Made by a program: the position numbers and the translations under genes
Part shown: positions 23,770-24,132 of the stretch, in pieces
Layout: the number at the start of each line of letters is the position of its first letter
Position numbering within the stretch: position 1 is the first letter of the stretch
Source of the DNA: a virus
Taxonomy: Duplodnaviria > Caudoviricetes
DNA: 24,132 nucleotides
Direction: 5' to 3' (one strand)
IMG/VR virus record: IMGVR_UViG_3300027533_000088
Span: 1 to 24,132 of that record
The notes under the pieces: generated by a model
Told to the model about the DNA's origin: nothing
What the model saw: the letters and a program-made list of their open reading frames with translations, nothing else
Database searches by the model: none

Positions 23770-24096
23770 ATGCCGCCCACCTGGCGGGCCAAGCTATCGC
23801 AGCGGCAGGGGGCACGGGCGGCGCTCAATCGCCCGCGCCTGGTGGTCGATGAAGTCGCAGCCGTTCGTCCGAAACCGGACGATCCATTCGTGGACTATCC
23901 GCCGTTGCCTGGCGTCACGCGTCCGACGTGGTGGCACGTCTACCGGATCGAGTCGCCGCGCGATGTATTGATCGCCGAGTGTCGCACCGAGACCGCGGGA
24001 ATTTTCGTGATGGCGCGCGAACGCTGGCGCACGCGGATGATGAAATGGAAACACGAATCGTTCGAGTCGTTTCGTCCGCTGAAGCCGGGGGCTTGA
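23770..24096 (+). CDS. Hypothetical protein in the terS position
   Basis: 108-aa ORF after a 10-G run; no recognisable family. Confidence 0.45.
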   Translation: MPPTWRAKLSQRQGARAALNRPRLVVDEVAAVRPKPDDPFVDYPPLPGVTRPTWWHVYRIESPRDVLIAECRTETAGIFVMARERWRTRMMKWKHESFESFRPLKPGA

Positions 24097-24132
24097 CGAT
24101 GTTGCGGCACGATCGATGCCCAAACCCTCTTC

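Overview
The window looks like a complete or nearly complete, very compact (~24 kb), high-GC temperate siphovirus genome with an HK97-type head. It is opened just upstream of terL. Order: packaging/head (TerL, small RHH protein, protease-major capsid fusion, portal), neck and tail (tail tube, frameshifting tail assembly chaperone, short tape measure, one large tail-tip protein, putative receptor-binding protein), an accessory zone (13.3-16.0 kb), an attP matching the tmRNA 3' end plus a tyrosine integrase, a CI/Cro-like switch, early genes (Bet, wHTH, DUF3102-like, Rep-like), a holin-like gene with no recognisable endolysin, and a gp74-like packaging HNH. The most unusual part is the accessory zone beside attP. 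There, small unrelated genes are separated by near-identical 37-47 bp repeats that share the 12-bp-period architecture of the putative integrase arm sites; two of them also read as coupling mini-ORFs. A ~965 bp block is bracketed by a dif-like (XerC/XerD) site and a matching half-site. Together these suggest an integron-like gene-cassette capture system in a phage. That reading is inference and needs comparative testing. All product calls come from motif recognition and synteny only; no searches were run.
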